Shown piece after piece: positions 55,437-64,000 of a stretch of 64,000 bases of DNA. Position 1 is the first letter of the stretch; each line of letters begins with the position of its first letter. The stretch comes from Microcoleus sp. (GTDB lineage: Bacteria > Cyanobacteriota > Cyanobacteriia > Cyanobacteriales > Microcoleaceae). The position numbers and the translations under genes were made by a program. A model generated the notes under the pieces. It did no database searches. It was given only the letters and a program-made list of their open reading frames with translations, and had not been told where the DNA came from. The DNA is taken from assembly GCA_052279835.1 (NCBI GenBank), contig CP181291.1:4576001-4640000 (forward strand), written 5' to 3'.

Positions 55437-55633
55437 TAATTTTTTCTAAAACATATTGAGTGATTTTTATAATTTTTACTCTACCTCAAAGCAGAGAAAT
55501 TAAGCTCATTATATGTAACTCACGACCGAGGTTGTATCCTATCGCCCATCGCACAATGGATGACGAAGGTGAACACAGCTAAAGTCTGAATTGCTCAGAT
55601 TTTAACAACAGAACTCAGTGGAGAGATAGAGTT

Positions 55634-56317
55634 ATGTTTTTTCATAAAAAACAATTGATGGCTGCGGTAAAGGTAGACGAAGCCAACCCTCGTTTTGCCC
55701 AACTACTACTAGAACAGTTTGGGGGAGCTACCGGAGAACTGACAGCAGCTCTGCAATACTGGGTGCAGTCCTTTCACTGTGAAGATCCACAGATTAAGGA
55801 TATGCTACAAGATATTGCGATCGAAGAATTCAGCCATTTAGAAATGGTGGGCAAACTCATCGAATCACACACCAAAAATGTTGACCAAACAGAAGCTTAC
55901 AAAAGCACTTTGTTTGCTGTGCGAGGTGTAGGCCCGCATTTGTTGGACAGCCAAGGTCAAGCTTGGACAGGAGCTTATGTCAACGAAGGTGGCGATGTGG
56001 TGCGCGATTTACGTGCTAATATCGGTGCGGAAGCCGGAGCTCGCCAAACCTACGAAGCATTGATTAATCTGGCATCGGATGCGGGTACGAAAAAGACGCT
56101 GCACTTCTTGCTGACTCGCGAAATTTCTCACACTGAAATGTTTATGAAAGCTCTGGAATCTATGGGCAAACTTACCGATCCCATGTTTGGTAATATTCCG
56201 CCAGATTCCACTGTGGATCTGTTCTTTAACTTGTCTAGCGATGGCAAGGATCAACCCACTGCTTTGAATTCAGAACCCAATTTCAAGTATATCGCCGATC
56301 CTGCTCCTCAAGGTTAA
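55634..56317 (+). CDS. manganese catalase family protein
   Basis: LEQFGGATGELTAALQY, DIAIEEFSHLEMVG, REISH. Confidence 0.93.
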   Translation: MFFHKKQLMAAVKVDEANPRFAQLLLEQFGGATGELTAALQYWVQSFHCEDPQIKDMLQDIAIEEFSHLEMVGKLIESHTKNVDQTEAYKSTLFAVRGVGPHLLDSQGQAWTGAYVNEGGDVVRDLRANIGAEAGARQTYEALINLASDAGTKKTLHFLLTREISHTEMFMKALESMGKLTDPMFGNIPPDSTVDLFFNLSSDGKDQPTALNSEPNFKYIADPAPQG

Positions 56318-56346
56318 TTAGAAGATTTGGCAACTAGAATTGCATC

Positions 56347-56379
56347 AGAACCCCGACTTCTTAAAGAAGTCGGGGTTCT
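56347..56379. repeat. 33-bp palindrome / terminator (same family as 33444)
   Basis: AGAACCCCGACTTC-TTAAA-GAAGTCGGGGTTCT. Confidence 0.75.
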
Positions 56380-56469
56380 AGGTGTTCTGTTTGTTGAGTA
56401 GTTTCGGCTGGAAGATGTTATAGTTATAGTTATTGAAGATTCCGATCGACCATTAACATCACATCCATA

Positions 56470-57231
56470 TTGAAATTGCGATCGACCTATTTATTAGTCT
56501 CTCACGGCAGTCGCGACCCCCGACCCCAAGTAGCTTTGGAAAACCTAGCTCAACTGCTGTCTCAAAAATCACCAATGTTCAGCAATTCTGGCGCTTCCGG
56601 TGTTCCCACAGTCGGAACCGCCACCTTAGAGTTGGGCCCTGCGCCGCTACACGAGCAAATTTGCCGTTTTGCCGAAGATACCCTCTCCCTGGGATTGACA
56701 GAATTACAAATCTTACCCATATTTTTATTGCCCGGTGTTCATGTCGCTGAAGACATACCGGCAGAGGTAGAAATTGCCCAAAAAACTCTTTCTCCCAAAC
56801 TGAAAATTGAATTGCGGCCCCATTTGGGAACCCAAGAAGCAGGTTTAGCTAACTTGGTGAAAACTCAGATGCAAGAGGTGGCTTTTCTCCCTAATTTGCA
56901 AGTTCCAAAATGGATTTTACTATCTCATGGTAGTCGCCGTCCGTCCGGCAACTTGACAGTGGAGGAAATAGCTAACCAAGTGGGTGCTGTAGCAGCTTAT
57001 TGGTCAGTAAAGCCGAGTTTGGAAGAACAAATTGAGAGTTTAGTTCGTGATGGACAGCAGCAAATTGGCATTGTGCCATACTTCCTATTTAAGGGAGGAA
57101 TTACAGATGCGATCGCCAAAAAAGTCACAGAATTACAGCAGCAATTTTCCACAGCCGAAATTCATCTAGCAAATCCTCTAGGCGCCACTGTAGAATTAGC
57201 AGACTTAATTGGAGAGTTAATTCAAAAATGA
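56470..57231 (+). CDS. cbiX: sirohydrochlorin chelatase (CbiX/SirB family)
   Basis: HGSRDP, PIFLLPGVHV.EDIP, second HGSR, PYFLF.G; TTG start. Confidence 0.88.
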   Translation: MKLRSTYLLVSHGSRDPRPQVALENLAQLLSQKSPMFSNSGASGVPTVGTATLELGPAPLHEQICRFAEDTLSLGLTELQILPIFLLPGVHVAEDIPAEVEIAQKTLSPKLKIELRPHLGTQEAGLANLVKTQMQEVAFLPNLQVPKWILLSHGSRRPSGNLTVEEIANQVGAVAAYWSVKPSLEEQIESLVRDGQQQIGIVPYFLFKGGITDAIAKKVTELQQQFSTAEIHLANPLGATVELADLIGELIQK

Positions 57232-58043
57232 ACCGCAAAGATACACAAGAGGCAAAACACAAACAAGAGGTAACAATGTCTGTTGGTAAAGTTTACTTGG
57301 TAGGTGCAGGGCCAGGAGATCCAGGCTTGATGACGGTGAAAGGAAAAGCTCTGTTACAGTGTGCCGATGTCGTGATTTACGACGCTTTAGTCAGCGCTCA
57401 AATTTTGGAGTCAATCAACCCCCAAGCAGAACGAATTGATGCGGGGAAACGTCGCGGCCGCCATTCCTTAATCCAAGACGAAACTACTCAATTATTGATC
57501 GAAAAAGCTCAAGATAATGCGATCGTTGTTCGTCTCAAAGGTGGCGATCCGTTTATCTTCGGCCGTGGTGGCGAAGAAATGGCAGATTTGGTCAAAGCTG
57601 GAGTTTCTGTAGAAGTAGTTCCCGGTATCACTTCTGGGATTGCAGCAGCAGCCTATGCGGGAATTCCCTTAACCCATCGATCGTACAGTTCCTCTGTCAC
57701 TTTTGTGACCGGTCACGAATCAGCGGGAAAATATCGACCAGAGGTGAATTGGCAGGCGATCGCCCACGGCTCCGAAACCATTGTAATCTACATGGGGATT
57801 CACAATTTACCATACATTATCGGTCAGTTGACAGCAGCGCAATTGAGTGTCGAAACACCCATAGCTTTAGTGCGTTGGGGAACGCGGCCGGAACAGGAAG
57901 AATTGATCGGAACTTTGGCTACAATTGTAGAGCAAGTTGAGACGACTGGATTTGCAGCACCTGCGATCGCCGTAATCGGAAATGTCGTCAATTTGCATGG
58001 CTTATTGTCGGGATGTCGGCCTGTTTATCAGACGGTAGAATAA
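57228..58043 (+). CDS. cobA: uroporphyrinogen-III C-methyltransferase
   Basis: VGAGPGDPGL, YDALV, RLKGGDPFIFGRGGEE, GIPLTHR; ATGA overlap with cbiX (alternative start 57276). Confidence 0.97.
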   Translation: MNRKDTQEAKHKQEVTMSVGKVYLVGAGPGDPGLMTVKGKALLQCADVVIYDALVSAQILESINPQAERIDAGKRRGRHSLIQDETTQLLIEKAQDNAIVVRLKGGDPFIFGRGGEEMADLVKAGVSVEVVPGITSGIAAAAYAGIPLTHRSYSSSVTFVTGHESAGKYRPEVNWQAIAHGSETIVIYMGIHNLPYIIGQLTAAQLSVETPIALVRWGTRPEQEELIGTLATIVEQVETTGFAAPAIAVIGNVVNLHGLLSGCRPVYQTVE

Positions 58044-58788
58044 ATTTTGTTTTTCCGATTACTAATATAGACGTGAGAACGCCGTCTAACGCCTTGGGGT
58101 TATCCAGATCCACCGCTTGTAGCAGGCCCGAATCCACCACTGCGGGGGCCCGATCGTCTTCCACCGTTCCATTCAACGCCGCCACCAAAATATCCGCCGT
58201 CCTTCCGCTGCCTGCGATCGCCACGATCGGGTGTTTTGCCTTCACGCTCTCCTGTGCATCTTTCCAAGTAATTTCTCCGCCATTGATCAACACCGTCACC
58301 GAGGGACAAAAGCCAGATAAGGTGCGGGCGATCTGCGCCATCCACGCCGACTCATCCCCCCATTGCGAACCCGGAACCAGAACAAAATGGGTGTGATGGG
58401 GTTCTAAGGCACAGGCATCTTCTGCCGGAGGTGGCTGATTCGGTAATGTTGCCAAACCGACGGCGGTAACGCCAATCAGAGGAAAAGTGCCACCCGTTTG
58501 GTAACGAGCCTCCCCCATCATTTGCATAATACCCGCATCGGTTCCGCCATCGACGACGTAGGCATTTAAGGACTCGGCAAGGGGAGCTAGGACTGTTAAA
58601 AAGAGCGATCGCAGCCGTTCCCGATCGACTTCGCTGAGTTTACTGGCACCGCCAACCACCACGATTACCGGACGCGGACTAGAAAGTCCCAGTTGCTCTA
58701 GAGTTAGGGTCAGGTCGGCATTGGCTTGAGGATAGAGGGCTTTTGCCGTCAGACCGTTGGAAAATTCGATCGAGAAAGATTCTTGCAT
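57988..58788 (-). CDS. stand-alone SLOG domain protein, LSDAT (TRPM N-terminal-like) type
   Basis: VIVVVGGA, VVDGGTDAGIM..G.A, LIGV, LEPHHTHFVLV, WGDE, LINGG, GSGRTAD. Confidence 0.85.
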   Translation of the reverse strand: MQESFSIEFSNGLTAKALYPQANADLTLTLEQLGLSSPRPVIVVVGGASKLSEVDRERLRSLFLTVLAPLAESLNAYVVDGGTDAGIMQMMGEARYQTGGTFPLIGVTAVGLATLPNQPPPAEDACALEPHHTHFVLVPGSQWGDESAWMAQIARTLSGFCPSVTVLINGGEITWKDAQESVKAKHPIVAIAGSGRTADILVAALNGTVEDDRAPAVVDSGLLQAVDLDNPKALDGVLTSILVIGKTKFILPSDKQADIPTISHAN

Positions 58789-58869
58789 GAACAAAAAATA
58801 CAACTCAGGATAGGAGAATCGCTTCCGGGGACATAGTGTTATTATGTCCTGAAAAGAAGGTCTATTGCT

Positions 58870-59047
58870 TCAATCCAGCCTTATCGTCTTGCCGTCCGGA
58901 CTAAATGCCACTGATTTGACCCCACCCTCATGGCCGCAGCACCGTGACAAAGCGTTTATTCAACCCAGCGGCATACTCGACCTCCGTCGCACAATAGGGA
59001 GACGCGATCGATCGGGGTGAGAGAATAAATAAAAAGTTATCGCACAC
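58870..59047 (-). pseudogene. collapsed TIR-WD40 paralog remnant
   Basis: Manual translation VCDNFLFILSPRSIASPYCATEVEYAAGLNKRFVTVL, then after a frame change GHEGGVKSVAFSPDGKTIRLD*. Confidence 0.85.
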
Positions 59048-59117
59048 TTTCTTGTACAAGGTTTTTTCTCAAGGTAAAGGAGATAATTGGGAGCGAATTA
59101 TTTTAAGCGATCTTCTT

Positions 59118-59726
59118 TTATCCCACTTCAGAAACCGCAATCAGAATTCGCAGTAACTGCTCCACATTTTCAGGAACTCGATACAGCGTAATATCTTGCG
59201 TTATCTGCTTGCCCGTGCGATCCAATATACCGAAACGCCAATCTTCTCCAGTGGTGACAGCGCCGTAAAGATGCGGTGTTTCAACATCAATCCACAAATC
59301 TAAGGCAATTAATTCTGCGGCAAGCTGAACGAAACCATGGGTTAAATCTGCTTGTTTTGCCTCTATAATAACGATCGAACTTGCCGTTACTACCCGATAG
59401 TCGATCGCACCTTTCAACCAATTAGAAACGGCGATCGGATATTCAATATCGAGCCGTGCATCGATTAGTTCGCACAGCTCAATTAGAATCGGTGCAATTA
59501 GCATTTCTCGTCTTGCCGCTTCGCTAGAGGGGTCTGCATAGCGAAGATTGCGTTCTAGCGTTTCCTCAATCCGGGCGACACTAAACGCGCGATCGCTAGC
59601 AGGTAAATCGAGGCGGTGGCGATCGTACCGAAATCCTAAATCTGCCAGGATATCAGCAATGTTATACCGCATTTCAAAATAGGAATGAAACGTATAACTT
59701 GCGTCGGAATTTAGGACTTTAGGCAT
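59118..59726 (-). CDS. PD-(D/E)XK restriction-endonuclease-fold protein (HsdR-N-like)
   Basis: SEAARREMLIAPIL, G.IDY, IIEAK, QLAAEL, LYGAVTTG..W.F. Confidence 0.7.
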   Translation of the reverse strand: MPKVLNSDASYTFHSYFEMRYNIADILADLGFRYDRHRLDLPASDRAFSVARIEETLERNLRYADPSSEAARREMLIAPILIELCELIDARLDIEYPIAVSNWLKGAIDYRVVTASSIVIIEAKQADLTHGFVQLAAELIALDLWIDVETPHLYGAVTTGEDWRFGILDRTGKQITQDITLYRVPENVEQLLRILIAVSEVG

Positions 59727-59849
59727 GACGGTATTCCAGTGTTTGTCGTCATTAAAATAGGGAGCGCGTTGACCATTTCATTTCACCTACGCTTGCATTC
59801 CATTGTAGGAGACCCAACCTACAGCCGATCGCTATTCCCAATCTATACC

Positions 59850-62800
59850 TCATCTCTCTGAAAACCGCTGTATCTCCTTCTGGGTAAATGGATTCTCACC
59901 CTTCTTCAGGGCATCAATCCAGGCTTGCCGCTGTTTTTTGCCCTCTGCCCAATCCGTGCCCTGGATAAACGCTTGAAAATCTTCGATCGCCCCAGTCGTA
60001 TCCCCCGTCAGCGCCCGAGCCACCCCACGACTATCTCGAACCCCGACATTGCCCGGTGCAAGTGCCACCGCCGTATCGCACGCCGCTATCACGGCCTTTG
60101 CCCCTTCGTGGGCGGCACCGTGCAGTGCGCCGTACCAACACAGCGTATGCCAAGACTGTTGAGGGATCTTCCAGGTTGCCTCGAACTGCTTTGCTTTCTC
60201 GAAGGCATCCAGTGCTTCCTGAACTTTACCCTCTTGGACTAGGTTTTCCCCTGTTTCGATCGAACCTTCGGCAGCCCACTGTTTAATCCTGTCCTGTGCT
60301 GGCACCTCAAGGCGGGGCAATAATTTCTGGGCCTGTTGGAACGTCGCGATGGCTTGGCTGACATCGCCTTGCCACGCGATCGATCGACCTCGATTGACTA
60401 AAAACTGCGCATTTTCTGCGTCGTTCCAGGCTGAGGTTTGACAGGTTTTGCCAGCCTCTTTCGCCACGGAGAGCATTTCCGCATCCCTAATAAGCAGCGT
60501 TTCCGGTGCGACTAAAACGGGATGTAAGATTAATCGGTTGCAGGCGCTCTTGAGCCAATCTTGCCAAGTGCCAACGCGCCAGAGACGAAGCGTGCCATCG
60601 GTACTACCGCTGATAATGGTTTTACCGTCCGGGCTAAACGCAACTGAAGTGACTGAACGTGTATGTCCCTTGAGAAACTGACCAATGGGTTGACCGGAGG
60701 TGTCCCACAAGCGAATGTTTTTATCGTAACTACCACTGGCAATGGTTTTGCCATCCGGGCTGAATTTCACCGAGTAGATTGAATTGGTGTGTCCTTTAAA
60801 CGGTTGACCGATGGGTTTGCCGGAGAGATCCCACAGGCGGAGCGTATTGTCCCGACTACCACTGACGATGGTTTTGCCATCCGGGCTAAATACCGCCGAG
60901 TAGACCCCATCCTTATGTCCCTCAAAGGGTTGACCGATGGGATTGCCTGAAGTATCCCACAGGCGAACTTTCCCGTCGCCATAGTTACCGCTGACGATCG
61001 TTTTGCCGTCCGGGCTCCAGGCCACGGACATGACCCAATTTGTATGTCCCTCAAAGGGTTGACCGATGGGATTGCCAGAGCGATCCCACAGGCGGAGCGT
61101 CTTGTCATCGCTACCACTGACAATGGTTTTGCCGTCTGGACTCCATGCCACTGCGCCGACTAGAGCTTGATGTCCTTTAAAGGGTTGACCGATGGGATGG
61201 CCAGAGCGATCCCACAGGCGGAGCGTCTTGTCTTCGCTACCACTGACAATGGTTTTGCCGTCTGGACTCCATGCCACTGAAAAGACAATACCTTGATGTC
61301 CTTTAAAGGGCTGACCGATGGGATTGCCAGAAGTATCCCACAGGCGGAGCGTCTTGTCTGCGCTACCACTGACAATGGTTTTGCCATCGGGGCTAAATGC
61401 TGCTGAGTATACTCCATAGTCGTGCCCGGTGAAGGGTTGACCGATGAGGTAGCCGTGCGTATCCCAGAGACGAATCAACCCCTTATCGTCGCTACTGAAA
61501 ATGGTTTTGCCATCGGGGCTCAATGCCACGGACGAGACTGCACCCACGTGCCCGATGAGGGGATGACTCAGCATAGAATTCCCCCGAAGATTCCAAACAG
61601 AAATGGTTCCATCGCTACCCCCACTGACGATGGCTCTACCCGTGGGACTAAATACGAGTGACCCAATCGGCGCACCCTCATGCCCTATGAAGGGTTGAGT
61701 GATGAGTTTCCCCGATGTGTCCCACAAACGAATCCGCCCGTCATTGCTGCCACTGGCAATGGTTTTGCCATTGGGGCTAAACGCCACTGACGCGACCTCA
61801 TCCTCATGCCCCGTCAAAGGTTTACCAATGGGTTGACCCTGACGAGTCCACAGCCGAACCGTTTTGTCCTTGCCGCCACTGACGATGGTTTTTCCATCGG
61901 GACTCAATGCGATCGATCGAATCCCACCCCGATGCCCTTTGAAGGGTTGACCGACGGGATTGCCAGAAGTGTCCCACAGCCGAACAGTTTTGTCCTCGCC
62001 GCTACTGACGATCGTTTTACCATCGGGGCTAAATCGGATTGACCAGACATTGCCTTGATGCCCTTTGAAGCTTTGGCTGATGAGCTTACCAGAGATGTCC
62101 CACAAGCGAATCGTCCCGTCTGCACCGCCACTGACGATCCTTTTGCCGTCGGGGCTAAATGCCACAGCATAGAGGGCGATTATAGGCCCATTGGTCAACG
62201 GGTCGAGCGGTTGACCGATGGGATAGCCAGAGGTATCCCACAGGCGAATCGTCCCGTCTTTACCCGCACTCGCGAGGATTTTGCCGTCTGGACTCAACGC
62301 TAATGAGTTGACTCCACCGGCTTGTCCCTTAAGGAGATTACGTTCTCTGGCATCCCCGGTGGCATCGCGCAAGCTAGACTTGATCTCGGCAAAGGTCTCC
62401 TGGCGAACCTCTGGCGATGCAGAGTTGCTCTCGCCCGTGGCTTTAATCGCCAGAATGAGTGCCTCTAGGGGATCGGCATCGAGCAGCGATTGGACGCGGC
62501 CGGCATTCTCGTCTAACCTGGCAATTTTGGTTTGCTCTTCGGCAATCTTCGTTTGCTTTTGTGCGTCTAGCCACAGCTTGGTGGTAACAATAGTGGCAAG
62601 GGTCATAATCCCGATCGCACCCACAGCCGCTCCCGTTAATAGCATCTTATTTTGGCGTTTGAACCCGCTACTTTTGGCTATATATGCCTTTTGTAACTCT
62701 GTCGCGACGGGCTGTTTCTTTTGGGTTTGAATGTCTTTCAACCACGCTTCGGCAATGGCTAATTCACTTCCTCGCAACAGTAAATCGTTGGTTTTATTTT

Positions 62801-64000
62801 TTTGCTCCCATTCTAGCGATCGTTGAGACCATTTCGTATGATTCTGTAAGTGTTCTCGGTCTGTATCGAGGGTTCTGACCAATTGGTTGAAATTGGCATT
62901 GAAATCGCCATCGTTTTGATTGAAATCAATCCACTGAACTTTGGCTAACTCTGAGTGCAAGTCGGCTGAATTGACCGATCGATGCAGCAGGGTTACAAAC
63001 CGCTTATTCAAATTGGCAGCATACTCGACTTCCATCGCGCAATACGGCGAATTGACCGATTGCGGTGACAGAATAAATAAGAAATTATCGGACGATTGGA
63101 TGCCCTGCTCTATCTCTCGCGCAAAATCCGATCCCGATGCAATACTTTCTTGGTCGAACCAGGTCGTTTTTCCTTGTAGTTGCAGTTCGTTATTGAGCTT
63201 CCGGGCTAAATCTGAATCGGCACGAGAATAGGAAATAAACACATCGAGGGATTCTAAAGGCGGTTGCCGCAAACTTTCAGCGATAAACTCTTCGATTAAT
63301 GCTGTAGGAAGATACTGCACTCGTTTCTGTGCCACCTTCAACCACGCCTCGGCACTTCGTAAGTTATAGCCTCGCAGTAAAATACTGGGATTCTTATGCT
63401 GTCGCTCCCACTTCAAGGCTTGAGTTAGGAACACTTTATGCTCGTTATAGTAAGCCTCGTCTTGATGCAAAATCTTCAGCAATTGACTTTCATCGAGCAA
63501 GTAATCGTCTTCTTTTATATTGTCGGTGAGGTCGATATACTGCACACCCTGTAACGCCTTGGGGATTTCGTCTACTGACGTTTCCCGCACTAGAACGGGG
63601 ATAATTCGTTTCTGGAGCGATACGGCATACTCTAATTCTTTGCGAACATACTCGGATTTTACCGAGTCGGGCGAGAGCAGATAGACTAAATTATCGGTTT
63701 GTTCGATTCCCCGATCGATCGCACTCTGAAAATCTTCTCCGGTTTCAATATCGGTTTTATTCGTCCACACCGTCAAACTTTCTCGCCTCAGACTGCTGCG
63801 AATTTTCTCCATCGTTTCCCGATCCATATCGGAATAGGAGATAAACACGTGAGTCATCAAGTTGTTGCCATTCTTGATGCTTTCGGTAATATATTCGCAG
63901 TGCAAGTCCGTTGGAACGCAAGGTTGTTGTTCTTGTTTAAATCTAATTTTCAGCCAAGCTTCGGCTTGCTTTTTCTCGTCCCCAACTAACAGCCATCGAT
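59850..64000 (-). CDS. multi-TIR / single TM / 14xWD40 / TPR protein (5' end outside window)
   Basis: Two VFISYS TIR domains with candidate catalytic Glu; TM ~62570-62646; 14 WD40 repeats; TPR-like tail; frame stays open to the edge (RWLLVGDEKKQAEAWLK...), so the listed start at 63905 is not the true start. Confidence 0.92.
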   Translation of the reverse strand, partial: RWLLVGDEKKQAEAWLKIRFKQEQQPCVPTDLHCEYITESIKNGNNLMTHVFISYSDMDRETMEKIRSSLRRESLTVWTNKTDIETGEDFQSAIDRGIEQTDNLVYLLSPDSVKSEYVRKELEYAVSLQKRIIPVLVRETSVDEIPKALQGVQYIDLTDNIKEDDYLLDESQLLKILHQDEAYYNEHKVFLTQALKWERQHKNPSILLRGYNLRSAEAWLKVAQKRVQYLPTALIEEFIAESLRQPPLESLDVFISYSRADSDLARKLNNELQLQGKTTWFDQESIASGSDFAREIEQGIQSSDNFLFILSPQSVNSPYCAMEVEYAANLNKRFVTLLHRSVNSADLHSELAKVQWIDFNQNDGDFNANFNQLVRTLDTDREHLQNHTKWSQRSLEWEQKNKTNDLLLRGSELAIAEAWLKDIQTQKKQPVATELQKAYIAKSSGFKRQNKMLLTGAAVGAIGIMTLATIVTTKLWLDAQKQTKIAEEQTKIARLDENAGRVQSLLDADPLEALILAIKATGESNSASPEVRQETFAEIKSSLRDATGDARERNLLKGQAGGVNSLALSPDGKILASAGKDGTIRLWDTSGYPIGQPLDPLTNGPIIALYAVAFSPDGKRIVSGGADGTIRLWDISGKLISQSFKGHQGNVWSIRFSPDGKTIVSSGEDKTVRLWDTSGNPVGQPFKGHRGGIRSIALSPDGKTIVSGGKDKTVRLWTRQGQPIGKPLTGHEDEVASVAFSPNGKTIASGSNDGRIRLWDTSGKLITQPFIGHEGAPIGSLVFSPTGRAIVSGGSDGTISVWNLRGNSMLSHPLIGHVGAVSSVALSPDGKTIFSSDDKGLIRLWDTHGYLIGQPFTGHDYGVYSAAFSPDGKTIVSGSADKTLRLWDTSGNPIGQPFKGHQGIVFSVAWSPDGKTIVSGSEDKTLRLWDRSGHPIGQPFKGHQALVGAVAWSPDGKTIVSGSDDKTLRLWDRSGNPIGQPFEGHTNWVMSVAWSPDGKTIVSGNYGDGKVRLWDTSGNPIGQPFEGHKDGVYSAVFSPDGKTIVSGSRDNTLRLWDLSGKPIGQPFKGHTNSIYSVKFSPDGKTIASGSYDKNIRLWDTSGQPIGQFLKGHTRSVTSVAFSPDGKTIISGSTDGTLRLWRVGTWQDWLKSACNRLILHPVLVAPETLLIRDAEMLSVAKEAGKTCQTSAWNDAENAQFLVNRGRSIAWQGDVSQAIATFQQAQKLLPRLEVPAQDRIKQWAAEGSIETGENLVQEGKVQEALDAFEKAKQFEATWKIPQQSWHTLCWYGALHGAAHEGAKAVIAACDTAVALAPGNVGVRDSRGVARALTGDTTGAIEDFQAFIQGTDWAEGKKQRQAWIDALKKGENPFTQKEIQRFSER

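Noticed and set aside
58870..62327. Diversity-generating retroelement with the remnant as template repeat
   Set aside because: No reverse transcriptase in the window, and the differences are not adenine-specific
63903..63905. TTG start for the TIR-WD40 protein
   Set aside because: The frame is open to the window edge and encodes another AEAWL helical unit, so the gene starts outside the window

Overview
This is a 64-kb chromosomal window from a filamentous cyanobacterium. HIP1 GCGATCGC sites, 7-mer tandem repeats and the 16S sequence point to a Microcoleus/Tychonema-like organism; that placement is from recognition only, not a database search. Most of the window is core genome: nadA, a complete minus-strand rRNA operon (16S-tRNA-Ile-tRNA-Ala-23S-5S), tRNA-Ser, tRNA-His, ribE, bioB/bioY/lspA/bioD, pstSCAB (pstS carries a +1 frameshift), prs, Mn-catalase, cbiX-cobA, three Ser/Thr kinases and a PAS histidine kinase. 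Intergenic DNA holds several small palindromic or MITE-like families. Four accessory loci stand out. (1) A visibly GC-richer block at the right edge encodes a receptor-like multi-TIR / single-TM / 14xWD40 / TPR protein, a PD-(D/E)XK nuclease-fold gene, a collapsed TIR-WD40 paralog remnant missing from the ORF track, and a stand-alone TRPM-type SLOG (LSDAT) protein. This is a candidate TIR-nucleotide signalling or immune system. (2) A UPF1/DNA2-like helicase with a ~650-aa helical insertion and an overlapping wHTH-like partner lie directly downstream of tRNA-His. (3) An intact, DDE-less IS630-type HTH gene has a triple-motif upstream element. (4) A toxin-antitoxin insertion includes an orphan higA with a probable higB scar. 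No database searches were possible; all calls come from motif recognition.
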